Positions 32,566-43,313 of a stretch of DNA of 64,000 nucleotides are shown here, piece by piece (the first letter of the stretch is position 1; every line of letters begins with the position of its first letter). This stretch comes from Anthoceros angustus (lineage: Eukaryota; Plantae; Anthocerotophyta). Below the pieces are notes generated by a model. It saw nothing but the letters and a program-made list of their open reading frames with translations. It made no database searches and was not told the origin of the DNA. The position numbers and the translations under genes are program-made. The stretch covers positions 2,108,001 to 2,172,000 of the forward strand of contig MU008161.1 in assembly GCA_010909165.1 (NCBI GenBank), given 5' to 3'.

Positions 32566-35037
32566 ATGATGAGCGAGGCCTTGCTTGAAGTTGCAACCGT
32601 GTTGCAACCAAGCCTGCCCGTTCAAGGGAGTGTCGGGCATGGCAAAGACATTGTCGGAAGGATCTTTTCCAGGATCTCTTGTGGAAACAGTTCGTTCGGG
32701 GGGATGCACTTTGGTGGCGTAGTGGATCGTTCCCTCGGGACAAACGACTTATACAGGCCAGATAGGTTGAGTTTGCAACTAGCTGCGGTGGGTTTGCGGT
32801 TCCCTCGGAAGTCTGCAGGATGGGAAATGGGTGTGACGGATGAAACCGTGGGCCAACTGTGTCAGCTGGGGCAGCTGGATGAGGCCGTTGAGGCTTTGGA
32901 AGTTCTGGTGCAGACAGACAGACGTGATTTTAGAACTCTCGTGTACACTTTGATCAAGCTATGTGTGGCTAAGAGGGATCTGGTTGTGGGTCGGCGAGTA
33001 CACGCTCTTTCGGTGAAAATGGGGTGTGAATCGGCCACGTTCCTGTGCAACCACATCCTGCGGATGTATGCATCTCATGCCAGGTTGCAGGAAGCGATGG
33101 ATGTGTTCACCATGGTTGCTAATCCAGATGCATTTACTTGGTCTGCTATAATTTCTGCGCATGTCCAATGTGGAGAAGTCCGGCTCGCCATAGAACTATA
33201 TCATCGGATGCGTAGGACAAGTGTGAAACCCGATAGCCATGTGTTTGTAGCAGCCCTGCAGGCTTGTGCAAGAGGAAAAGACTTGAGGCACGGGCAGCAG
33301 GTGCATGCTGATGTGTTGGCCAGTGGGTTTGAGGCGGGTTTGTCTGTGTGTAATGCGTTGGTGGACATGTATGCAAAGTGTGGCTGGATGGAAGAAGCAC
33401 GGAGAGTGTTTGATGGACTCCATCAGAAGGATGTTGTGACGTGGACTGCTCTGATGTCTGGATATTCCCAGCAGTGTATGGGTCAAGAAGCCCTTCATCT
33501 CTACAGTGCGATGCAAGAGGAAGGCATCGCTGGACCCAATTCTGTGACTTTTGTGTGCCTTCTGCAGGCATGTGCAAGTGTGGGCGTCCCGGCTTTGGAG
33601 AAGGGAAGGCAACTTCATGCTCAGATTGGGGAACAAGGACTGCACACTGATGCGGTTGTAGGTTGCAGCTTGGTAAACATGTATGCAAAGTGTGGCAGTC
33701 TACAGGATGCTCAGCTAGTGTTTGAAAGGCTTCCTGAAAAAGATGTGGTGACATGGACTGCTCTGATCGCAGGATATTCCCAACAGGGCATGGGTCAGGA
33801 AGCCATTCAACTTCACAATGCAATGCAGCGAGAAGGCATTGGTGCGCTGGATTCTGTGACATTTGTGTGCCTGTTGCAGGCATGTGCGTGTGTGGGTATC
33901 CTAGCTTTGGAGAAGGGAAAGGAACTTCATATAGAGATAGAACAACGAGGACTTCAAGCTGATGTTAGCGTAGGTAACAATTTGGTAAACATGTATGCAA
34001 AGTGTGGCAGTCTACAGGATGCCCAGACCGTGTTTGACAGCATGGGTCAAAAAAATGTGGTTACCTGGAATGCCATGATAGGAGGATACTCCCAGCAGGG
34101 CATGGCGTTGGAAGCTCTTCGTCTGCACAGTGCTATGCGGCAAGAAGGTGTCGCTGCACCTGACTCTGTGACATTCTTGTGCCTCTTGCATGCATGTGCG
34201 AGTGTGGCGGCCATACATGCAGGAAGGCAGCTTCATGCTGAGATTGTCGAACAAGGACTTCATTCTGATGTGTTTGTGGCCATTAGTGTGATGCAAATGT
34301 ATGCCAGGTCTGGTAGCATGGCTGATGCACAACAGGTTTTTGATGCATTGCTCGAAAGAGACATTGTTGCCTGGAGTGCACTGATCGCAGGATACACCTG
34401 TCAAGGAGACAGTAAAGCGGTCTTTGACTTAATCCATAGAATGAGAGAAGATGGCATACAGCCAGACGGCATCACGTTCACTAGTATTCTGACAGCATGC
34501 AGTCACGCTGGTCTAGTACACCAGGGCCAAGAGTACTTCGAGTCTATGTACAGAGACTATGGCATCCGCCCCACCGTGGAACACTACTCATGCATGGTGG
34601 ATCTCCTGGGTCGAGCAGGCCAACTTGAGGATGCTCTAGCGCTGGTGATCACTATGCCAGTGCAGGCTGATATTGCCATTTGGTGCACTATGTTGGGTGC
34701 CTGTCAAAAGTGGTGCAACGTAGAGGTGGGTAGCCATGCCTTTCGTGAAGCAGTGAGGTTAGACGAAAAGGATGCAACAGCATATGTGATTATGTCCAAC
34801 ATATATTCCGATGCCGGAATGTGGGAGGAGGCACAGGAGTTGCAGACTAGGAGAACAGGAATTGGGGCATGGAAGGAGGCAGGGCAGAGCTGGTGGACAG
34901 ACAGAGACGGGCTTGTTCACATTTTTGTGGTTGACGATAGGACACATCCAGAAACTGAAGCTTTGTATCGAAGGATCCATGACCTTCTGTCCAAAATAAA
35001 GGACGGAGGGTATATGTTCCAACACGTGGAATGCTAA
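32566..35037 (+). CDS. PLS-class PPR protein with E/E+ domain and no DYW; intronless paralog of the 16.5-19.4 kb PPR
   Basis: P-L-S repeats, TVEHYSCMVDLLGRAG, KEAGQSWWTD..HPE; ends GGYMFQHVEC*. Confidence 0.95.
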   Translation: MMSEALLEVATVLQPSLPVQGSVGHGKDIVGRIFSRISCGNSSFGGMHFGGVVDRSLGTNDLYRPDRLSLQLAAVGLRFPRKSAGWEMGVTDETVGQLCQLGQLDEAVEALEVLVQTDRRDFRTLVYTLIKLCVAKRDLVVGRRVHALSVKMGCESATFLCNHILRMYASHARLQEAMDVFTMVANPDAFTWSAIISAHVQCGEVRLAIELYHRMRRTSVKPDSHVFVAALQACARGKDLRHGQQVHADVLASGFEAGLSVCNALVDMYAKCGWMEEARRVFDGLHQKDVVTWTALMSGYSQQCMGQEALHLYSAMQEEGIAGPNSVTFVCLLQACASVGVPALEKGRQLHAQIGEQGLHTDAVVGCSLVNMYAKCGSLQDAQLVFERLPEKDVVTWTALIAGYSQQGMGQEAIQLHNAMQREGIGALDSVTFVCLLQACACVGILALEKGKELHIEIEQRGLQADVSVGNNLVNMYAKCGSLQDAQTVFDSMGQKNVVTWNAMIGGYSQQGMALEALRLHSAMRQEGVAAPDSVTFLCLLHACASVAAIHAGRQLHAEIVEQGLHSDVFVAISVMQMYARSGSMADAQQVFDALLERDIVAWSALIAGYTCQGDSKAVFDLIHRMREDGIQPDGITFTSILTACSHAGLVHQGQEYFESMYRDYGIRPTVEHYSCMVDLLGRAGQLEDALALVITMPVQADIAIWCTMLGACQKWCNVEVGSHAFREAVRLDEKDATAYVIMSNIYSDAGMWEEAQELQTRRTGIGAWKEAGQSWWTDRDGLVHIFVVDDRTHPETEALYRRIHDLLSKIKDGGYMFQHVEC

Positions 35038-35283
35038 CGTCCGACACACAGGATGCAAATCTAATGAAAGCTATCAGATCAATCGTCGTACATCGATGAA
35101 GCTAATTCATGGCCATCTGATGTCAGCTGTTTGTCGTGGACGCACTCATGTGGACCGACAATAGCTGCCTGCCACTTCACGCCTGGGTGTGACGTCGAGC
35201 CCTACGACATGAGCACGAGCACCTCGTCCAAATTGCCCCCCACACTACATTGCACGCAGAACAGTCGAGGAGTTGTGGAAAAG

Positions 35284-36088
35284 ATGGCACCCATACCCGG
35301 ATTGCACATGCACCATTTAGCTCGGGAGACGGAGGATGTGCAGCGGCTTGTGAAATTCTACACAGAGGTTGTGTGCAACCATCGGGTTAGGTGGGCACAT
35401 GCACATGCAGATGAGGTCCCATGGTGGAACTGAATGTCGTGGACGATGCAGGTCTTGGGCTTTCAGAAAATCGAGACTCCAGACTTCGGATCACTCAAGG
35501 TGGAGTGGTTGGAGCTGCCCCCATCCTACTCGCTGCACATAATTGAGCGAAACCCCAAGACTAGCTTGCCAGAGAGCCCGTACTCTGCTGTCAAGGAAGC
35601 AAGGCAAGATGGAATCATCTCCAATCAGCACATTCAGTCATGTTCTCTCTCATGAAGTTGCTCACAGTGATTTGCATTGGGTGGTGGCAGGAAGGAGGAG
35701 AGTGCCCTGCCCTACGGCCACCACTTGTGTTTCAGCATTTCAGACTATCCTAAAGCTATCGCAATCCTCAAGGTAGGTGTGCAAGGCTGTCTGCCACCAG
35801 CCCACGCACCTACTTGTTTACTGGCTGACATCGTCCCCTGATCCCTGACAGGAGAACCAGATCCCCTACTTCGAGAAGGTTCTACTCGGAGGCAAGGTCA
35901 AGCAAGTCTTCTTCTTCGACCCCGACGGTAGGTTTTGTAAGATCAGAATCTTTTGTATTCCAATGTAGATCAGAATTCAAAATGAGTGGCATTTGCACAA
36001 TGGGCATTCATCTCTGTTCCTTGAAACAGGTAACGGCTTGGAACTCGCAGACTGGCCTCCAGAGGTACACTCGCTGCAATGTTGTTGA
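35284..36088 (+). CDS. Glyoxalase/bleomycin-resistance (VOC) family protein, multi-exon
   Basis: MAPIPGLHMHHLARETEDVQRLVKFYTE|VLGFQKIETPDF..LHIIER, HHLCFS, KQVFFFDPD|GNGLE. Confidence 0.85.
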
Positions 36089-36750
36089 GCTTCTGACCAC
36101 ATATATCCCAGCTCGGTGATGCACTACTGTTTTCTCCATGGAAAGAAACCTTGCTATAGCAACCCTGTTGAAACACTTAACTTTAATCAGCTTTGATGAT
36201 AGCACAGGTTTAACAACCTCGTAGATATTATACATTCCATTTTTTTTCAGTGAATTTGTATGCTACATTTCATTAGAAGAACACGTACTTGCATTGGGAA
36301 TTTATTAACTGCATTTTAGTTAGTTGTCTGGTCATTGTCCAGTGTTCTAATTGAGAATTGAACTCCCGCTTTCGACCCATTCCACTATCCGAGCTGCGTA
36401 GCATTTAAACGGGTACTTTGAGTTTGAGTCAGATGAGGTGTTTATGCATCATTCCAAATGGGAAGGGATAAGGAACAAAATTTGTTGCAGACGTGTACAT
36501 TCCACTGCGTCGATCAATTTGTATCAACTGTGAGAACCAATCTTGCGAAGGAGTCATCGGACTACACAAGGAAAGGTTTGTAACAAAAACTGTTGCAGAC
36601 AAGTGCATAACACTGCATCCACCAATCTGTCTCGACGATGTTTCATATTTACAGTGCACAATCTCTTCTACACTAAACTACACAGAGACCTCCTCCCTCA
36701 CACGAGGTCACGTAACAACACCATCCCCAAACCCCGAGCATCCCAGCTCA

Positions 36751-37377
36751 CTACTGCGCAGCAGTGGCATCACTTCCCTGCTCCCCGCCCCGGTTCTTGA
36801 GCCAGATATCGAAAGTAAGAGCCGTAGCAAATGCGACCCAGGCCAGGTACGGCTTGAGCAGATTAGCAGCAACGTGGTTAGCAGGCTTGAAGGCAGCAAT
36901 TGTAGCTCCCAACACCACAACCAGAGCCACAATATCCGCCAAAGCCAAAGTGATATTACGAGCCCCGAAGAAGAGAGCCGGCCAGAGCAGATTAAGCACG
37001 AGCTGCAGCGCGTAGAGAGACAGTGGCTGGCTCTGCCGCTTCCACCCGCCTTCCACCCAAACCAGCCAGGACGCCAGCCCCATGAGCGGGTACAGAACGC
37101 TCCAGGCCGCCCCGAACAGCCATCCCGGGGGGTTCCACCACGGCTTCTTCAGATCCGTGTACCACTGCGAGGCGGGGCTGTTGATGACCGCGTCCACTAT
37201 CCCGGCCACCAGGGGGATGGCAACCGCGACGGCCAGGGTTCGGATGCCTCCTTTCCTGGCAGCCGCGGCTCCCGCCGCCGAGGCCCGGGCCTCCTTCACA
37301 TCGCCGCGCTGCTTCACTTCCTCTTCTCCGCCTGCAACATCCTGCCGCACCCGCTGCACCAGGCCCTCTGCGTTCAT
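36751..37377 (-). CDS. TSPO: TspO/MBR tryptophan-rich sensory protein, intronless
   Basis: WYTDLKKPWWNPPGWLFGAAWSVLYPLMGLASWLVW, LYALQLVLNLLWPALFF, LLKPYLAWVAFAT. ATG of MNAEGL at 37377. Confidence 0.93.
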   Translation of the reverse strand: MNAEGLVQRVRQDVAGGEEEVKQRGDVKEARASAAGAAAARKGGIRTLAVAVAIPLVAGIVDAVINSPASQWYTDLKKPWWNPPGWLFGAAWSVLYPLMGLASWLVWVEGGWKRQSQPLSLYALQLVLNLLWPALFFGARNITLALADIVALVVVLGATIAAFKPANHVAANLLKPYLAWVAFATALTFDIWLKNRGGEQGSDATAAQ

Positions 37378-37749
37378 CTTCCTCAGCTGCTCAAAATGCG
37401 AGCTCCGTCGGATGTGGATCAGAGGACGCCGATTCCGGTGCGGGTCGAGACAAATGGATGATCTGCAGCTGCGCCTGGAGATCGAAAATGCAGGAATCGG
37501 ATGCGAGACAACGCTGGAACCCTTGGTCAAGATCAAGACTGCCATGACTCTGTGATCGTGTCGAGCACTTATACAGCTGCTGCGTCAAAGAATTAGCCAT
37601 GGCGACAATCGCGATCCCAGGTGTCGCGTCCAAGTGGCGTGCTCCTCGTCGCGCCCGCGTGGCAGCTGCGCGGACATGAGCTGTTGGAGGGATATAGGCC
37701 AAACATGGCCACCAGCCATTGGCGAACATCCTTCGTGTTTCTTTCACTA

Positions 37750-38028
37750 TTTAGAAGAAGAAGAAGGAAGAATTTTATTTCAGTCTACTAAGGACGGATT
37801 TCCGTCATGAGATTTGGTACTTAACAACTTGTACCATCGTATGCCTAAATTATTTGCACCAAGGGCATCCATTTTCTTTAGGCATCCCATCTAAAGCTAC
37901 TTGCACGAAGGGCATCCATTTCCTTTAGGCACCCCATCTAAAGTTACTTACACCAGGGGCATCCATTCCCTTTAGGCACCCATCTAAGTACCGATCCAAG
38001 CGTAGGATGCTTAATAATGAAGTTCTTA
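37750..38028 (-). mobile_element. (TTC)n-tailed SINE-like repeat, copy 3 (3' part; continues at about 39134-39166 beyond the LINE)
   Basis: AGAAGAAGAAG tail, CTAAGGACGGATTTCCGTC, and repeated CCAAGGGCATCCATT..TTTAGGCA.CCCATCTAA units. Confidence 0.7.
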
Positions 38029-39133
38029 CACAACAACAACAACTTTATTTATGTCCACTGGGGTGGAAAAACCACCATGGGACAGAACTTATATAGCCGT
38101 AACTTGGATGAAGGAGGGTGTACACATACGTACGTCTAAACTAGAGAAACGAAAACAGGGAAAATAAAAGGCAGAGGTTTAACAAGAAAGTTACAGGGGT
38201 CGAGCAAGGACAGCCTGTGATCAAGCATGTCAGAAAGACATAGAGCAAAGAGCTTGGGAATATGAAAGGAAAAAAAGCGCCGAAGGGAAAACCCTGCACA
38301 CTCAAAAAGGAGAGAGTATTTGACCCGGATGTCGTTAAAGGTAGGGCAATAAACGAGAAAGTGCATTTCTCCTTCCGTAGTAGAAGAACAAAGCCTGCAA
38401 ATGCGATCTTCCCGAGGAGGGGCTGGCTCTAGCCAGCGGTCAGTCTCAATCCGGAGCTGATGGGAGTTGACACGAAATTGACCGGTTAAAGAGCGAAGCT
38501 TCAAAGACATAGGGGAACTAAGGTAACGTGGCAGTTTCAGGAAGCTAGAGAGGGAAATCACGCGAAATTGCTCCTTATAGTAAAGAAGCTTGGTGGAAAG
38601 AGGAGTTGCAGAGGGAATAGGGTACCCAGTAAGGCGGAGGTATCGAAATTTGATAGCCTTACGGATAAGGTGGTTAGAAGGGGGGTGTGGAGGGGGGGGA
38701 TAGGGTAATTGAAGGGTGGCCAAACAGGGAGAGTAGAAGGACTAAAGTGGTACCGCTTCAGCCACATGGAGGCTTTGGCATACCAACAAGAAATAGAGCC
38801 ATCAGCCCAGAGAGATCTAGATGACCGAAAAGCAAGGAGAAGGTAAGGAGGGAGGTGAGGATTTTGTTGGTCAAGAAGCTGGAGGTGGTAAAAGAAAGAG
38901 GATAAACGGAAGAGACCATCAAGTTCTAAGGGAAAGGTAGCAAATTTAGAGAGAAGGACAAGAAGAGGGTTAGAGCGCTTACAGGCGATGTGAGCCCGAA
39001 GGAAAGAAGCCTGTACTTTTTCCACTTTAGGCCAGGAAGAAGGCAGGAGATCAGGCCCAGAGCTCAGCGCCATACATAGTAGACGGGATGACCAGACAAT
39101 TGAATAGGCGTTTCCCGAGGTTGATATCTTGAA
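38029..39133 (-). mobile_element. 5'-truncated RTEX/L2-group-like LINE with (TTG)n tail, one frameshift
   Basis: ORFs 38558-39073 and 38136-38723: FRVNSHQLRIETDRW..RICRLC..EMHFLVYCPTFNDIR. Candidate TSD TCTTA at 38024-38028 and 39134-39138. Confidence 0.82.
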
Positions 39134-40064
39134 TCTTATAAATGTGTGTCCATTTGGCCTAAGCCTTTAGGTAATCCGAAAAGCATTTTCTTCATTTATA
39201 TCATAAAATAGGAATTAACCATATTTCGTGCCCAGGGATCATCATCTAGCTCGAAAGATGCGGTAAAAGGTCAAATAGGATAAAGTAGCTCCGAACCCAG
39301 CCCCGCCACAAACGGATCTTAAGTGCTTCTAAGTGGACTTCTATCTTTCTCCATTCATGAGTCCACGGTGCTAAATATGTTTCAATATGTTTTATTATTT
39401 TAAACTATATTATATTATATGCTTAAAATAAAATTTATAAAACTTGATAAGTTCATGTTGAACGAGAGTAGTGTGAAGCTAGAAATAAACAAGTTCAAAG
39501 GGAAATAAGATCCAGTTTTTGTTTCAGCATAGATTATATCGATGTTTGAATTCCCAATCACGACATGATGCGAGGCCTTGGGTTGGACTTTATTTCATGT
39601 ATTGCCCAGCTTTTAATAGACCTAATTGTAAGTGGTAGGCTACCTCATCTTCTGCATCTTGATTGGTCCTAGAATCTTAGGCAAGCTTGACAAGCTTTCC
39701 TACTATTTGAGTTTTTGGTGGAAAAGGGTTGGGATTTTAACCAAAACCCCTTTTGACAGGAGAAACCCCTTTCTACCCAGACATGAACAATCTTCATTTC
39801 TAGATTCATTAATTCAAATCAGTTAAGTCAATCAAGGTTCCTCTAGTCTAAGGCTAGATACTAGTGACTAAACATGAACCTAAAGTCCATCATAGCAACT
39901 CCATATGCAGTATGAATAAAAAGAGAATTTTTTATATCAATTACTTTTGTTGACTATAGTTTTTCTTTTTATTTTATTTTGAATTCCCTGTAAAATATAG
40001 ACATAGTAAAATAAATATTTATTTTACTTGATTACTGCGGTATATCCTCGTCCATTTGAAGGGA

Positions 40065-40870
40065 CGTTGTGCTCATGGGTCGCAATCCAAACAATCACAT
40101 TGTCATTTTACTTTCTTCTTCACATACTCTATTCTTCTTCGTTTTGGAGCTAATGGGTCATGATCGGTTGCGATCCGAACAATCACATTTTTATTTTACT
40201 TTCTTTTCACATACTCTAAGATTATGCTTCGTTTTGGAGCTAATGGGTCATGATCGGTTGCGATCCGAACAATCACATTTTTATTTTACTTTCTTTTCAC
40301 ATACTCTAAGATTATGCTTCGTTTTGGAGCTAATGGGTCATGATCCCAAACATCTCGCTTCGCTTTCAAACAGCTTTCTATCAGACATTGTACTGATCAG
40401 TCGCGATATTAACAATCATGTTTTGGCTTTACACTCTTCTTCACATGCTCTATCCTTCTCCGTTTTGGAGCTAGTGGGTCATGATCCCAAACATCCCATC
40501 TCCATTTCACATTGTTCTCTATCCTCGTCTTGTTTTCTATCCTTGACCTGTTTTCTATCCTCGTGCATTTGAAGGAACGTTGTAAGTACTACTAGGTCAT
40601 GAACCCAAGAGTCAAGTTTTCGTTTTAAACTCTTCTTGAAATACTCTATCCTTCTTCGTTTTGGAGCTAGTGGGTCCTAATCCAATGCATCCCGCTTCCC
40701 TTTCAAACTATTCTCTATCCTTGTCCTTTTGAAGGGATGTGGTGCTAACGAGTCGTGATGCAAAAATCACCGTTTTCGTTTTAAACTCTTCTTGAAATAC
40801 TCTATCCTTCTTTGTTTTGGAGCTAGTGGGTCATGATCCTATACACCCACTTCCGTTTCAAACACATCTA
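40065..40870. repeat. Degenerate satellite: exact 90 bp period (40141/40231/40321) plus diverged units carrying GTTTTGGAGCTA.TGGGTC
   Basis: The core motif occurs 6 times. Confidence 0.85.
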
Positions 40871-41944
40871 TAATGAACCACATAAACGAATAAAACATCA
40901 TTGATTCATGTTGCAAAAACAAAAAAGATAAAGCATGAGACCCATAGGTGCCCATCTAGACTTGCATGCAAGAATGAAAGCGCAAGAATTGAAGAAGGAT
41001 GATCCTTAGCATAAAGATTGCCAGCTAGGGAATCGGCAAATGAATATTGAACTAAAATAAATCAAGTCACAAGTCTGAAAGTTTCACACCATGGGAACTA
41101 GAAAACATAGGTAGCTTGGTAACTAGAAAACGAAAGTAAGCTAGTAAATTGACAAAGATAGTAAAAGTTTTAAAATTCACCTAATCGAAAAATAGGTCTA
41201 GACATGCTAGGTAAGAAGTAGCTGGGCCGGATTGGCAGGAATGCGTTTCAGCAGCTCGTCCCCGTAGAAGCGGCTCATCCCCGTAGAAGGTATGGCACTT
41301 AAGTAAGGTTCTTTTAAGACCTAGTGCAGAAGGTGGGGACTTAAATCGTTTTTAGCCTAGCAATAGCAAGGTCCACTCTTAGACTTAAGTAAAAAGGAAC
41401 ATAAAAAAGAATAGAAATGATTAGCATATATAGCCAGCTCTAGAAGAGTAACGCCCCTCACTATGTAGCCGGTAAAGGGGCGACAAGTGCTGGCTTCCCA
41501 GCAGCCTAGGACCTCGCCAATTCACTCCACTAGACACTTGCACAACTTTAAGCGCTCTCAACATCACGACGCATCACTAGGCTCCAAGTAGCCCGCCATC
41601 CAACTCTTAGCGCTCTCAACCTCACGACGCCAAGTAGCGCGCCATCCACTGACGACTCGGAGGCCACCTTCTCGAGGTGAGACTCAACGACAAGCTCACT
41701 AGCTAAAGCTCTCCACAACTCTCTCAATACAAAGCTTGCAAGGTACGATGAACTGAATGATGATGAAGATAATGATGATCCTTCAAAGCTTTTGCTCTCG
41801 CCCTTATATATCCCGCAAGCTCACCTTGCCTATGCAGATGTTCACTCAAGGGATTTTCATAAACCACTCATCACTAAGAGTCCTCTCTAGACAGTTCTTT
41901 ATTAGTGGCTTGAGCAATTCCTTCTAAAATAAATGTGTGTTCTA

Positions 41945-42290
41945 ATGGCTTAGGCTAAATGGACATTCATAAGAACGTCGTGATTAAGCATCCTACGGTT
42001 AGATGGGTACTTAGATGGGGTGCCTGAAGGGAGTGGATGCCCTTGGTGTAAGTAGTTGAGGCACACCATGGTACATGTTGTTAAGTACCAAGTCCCATGA
42101 TAGAAATCCGTACCAAGTACTTAGATGGGGTGCCTGAAGGGAGTGGATGCCCTTGGTGTAAGTAGCTGAGGCACACCATGGTACAAGTTGTTAAGTACCA
42201 AGTCCATGATAGAAATCCTTACAAGTCCCATGACGGAAATCCGTCCTTAGTGAACTTAAATAAAATTCTTCTTCTTCTTCTTCCTATTAT
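41945..42290 (+). mobile_element. (TTC)n-tailed SINE-like repeat, copy 4, with internal duplications
   Basis: Ends GACGGAAATCCGTCCTTAGTGAACTTAAATAAAATTCTTCTTCTTCTTCTTC. Confidence 0.72.
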
Positions 42291-43313
42291 GTAGCAAATC
42301 CTCTCTTATAGGAGATTTCATCAAGCATGCATGCAACACATGCATCTTCTTAACACGTAGCTACTAATTAATTTTTTATCTCTTTTAACTTTTCATTTTT
42401 CTACCTTATTTTTCGGATGCCGTTACTAGAAGGGTAGAATCACCGAAGGCCAAGAACGGCCAGAAGGCCGAGGACAGCCAATATCACTTTTTCACTTCAT
42501 GAATGTGTATGTAACAATGTGACACAAATAATAATACGGGTTAAGGAATTACCTACTTGCATGCACGTCTCCATTATTTGCATGCAAGTTTGTTAATTTC
42601 TGTGCATCAAAGCTGTGGGCCGTGGCCACACACTTCTTGGCCAACCTTTGCCTTTGCCGTCCCCGGAATGCGCTACCTCCGTCAGCTAGGGAATCTGCGG
42701 GTTTGTGGAGACACAGGATTTCGGCAGTGTCTCGGTCTGAGGTACTTAAGCGTGTCTTCGGTAAGTGCGTCTGTGATTCCGATTCGTTGTTGCCGATCCC
42801 TCGATCCCTTCATGGATTGTTTGTGGATGTGGAGTCATGTGGTTTGAAGCGTTTGAATTTGCAAACCGGACGACTGGAGCAGTCGGGATGTAGTCGAAAG
42901 CTGTTATTTCGTTGGTTTCTTAGGTCTGTGAAAGAAGGAATGGTGGATGAAGCTGACGGTCAGGAGGAGAGTGGAGTTAGGATAGCAGAAGCTGCTGATT
43001 GAGCTGAGGATGTGTGCGTTTTGGTGCTGTTTCATGGGGGAGGTGCGACCGGATTCTGATTGTTCGAGTTCCCTTGCCATAGAAGGAATCTTCGCTTCGG
43101 GAGTCCAGTTTTTTATCGAGGGCCAAAACGATCAGCTGAAGGAGGGAATCGGGAGGCCGAGTGCATTCAGAGAGAACGCAGGTGTGGTGGCGGGGTCAGG
43201 AGAGTGTAAACGAGCAGCAGGAGAGGGGGGTTGTGAGGTTTTCAGCGCACTGGAACAAGTGTTTTGGGACTATCTCGGCAGTCAAAACGGGGAACTCACA
43301 GCATCGCATTCTA

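Noticed and set aside
40069-40572. 167 aa ORF with internal repeats
   Set aside because: By-product of the 90 bp satellite, whose unit length is a multiple of three and stop-free.
42692-42712. NLRVCGD resembling a DYW deaminase motif
   Set aside because: The second Cys is missing (CGDT) and there is no HSE or DYW context; it lies in the LEC14B upstream region.
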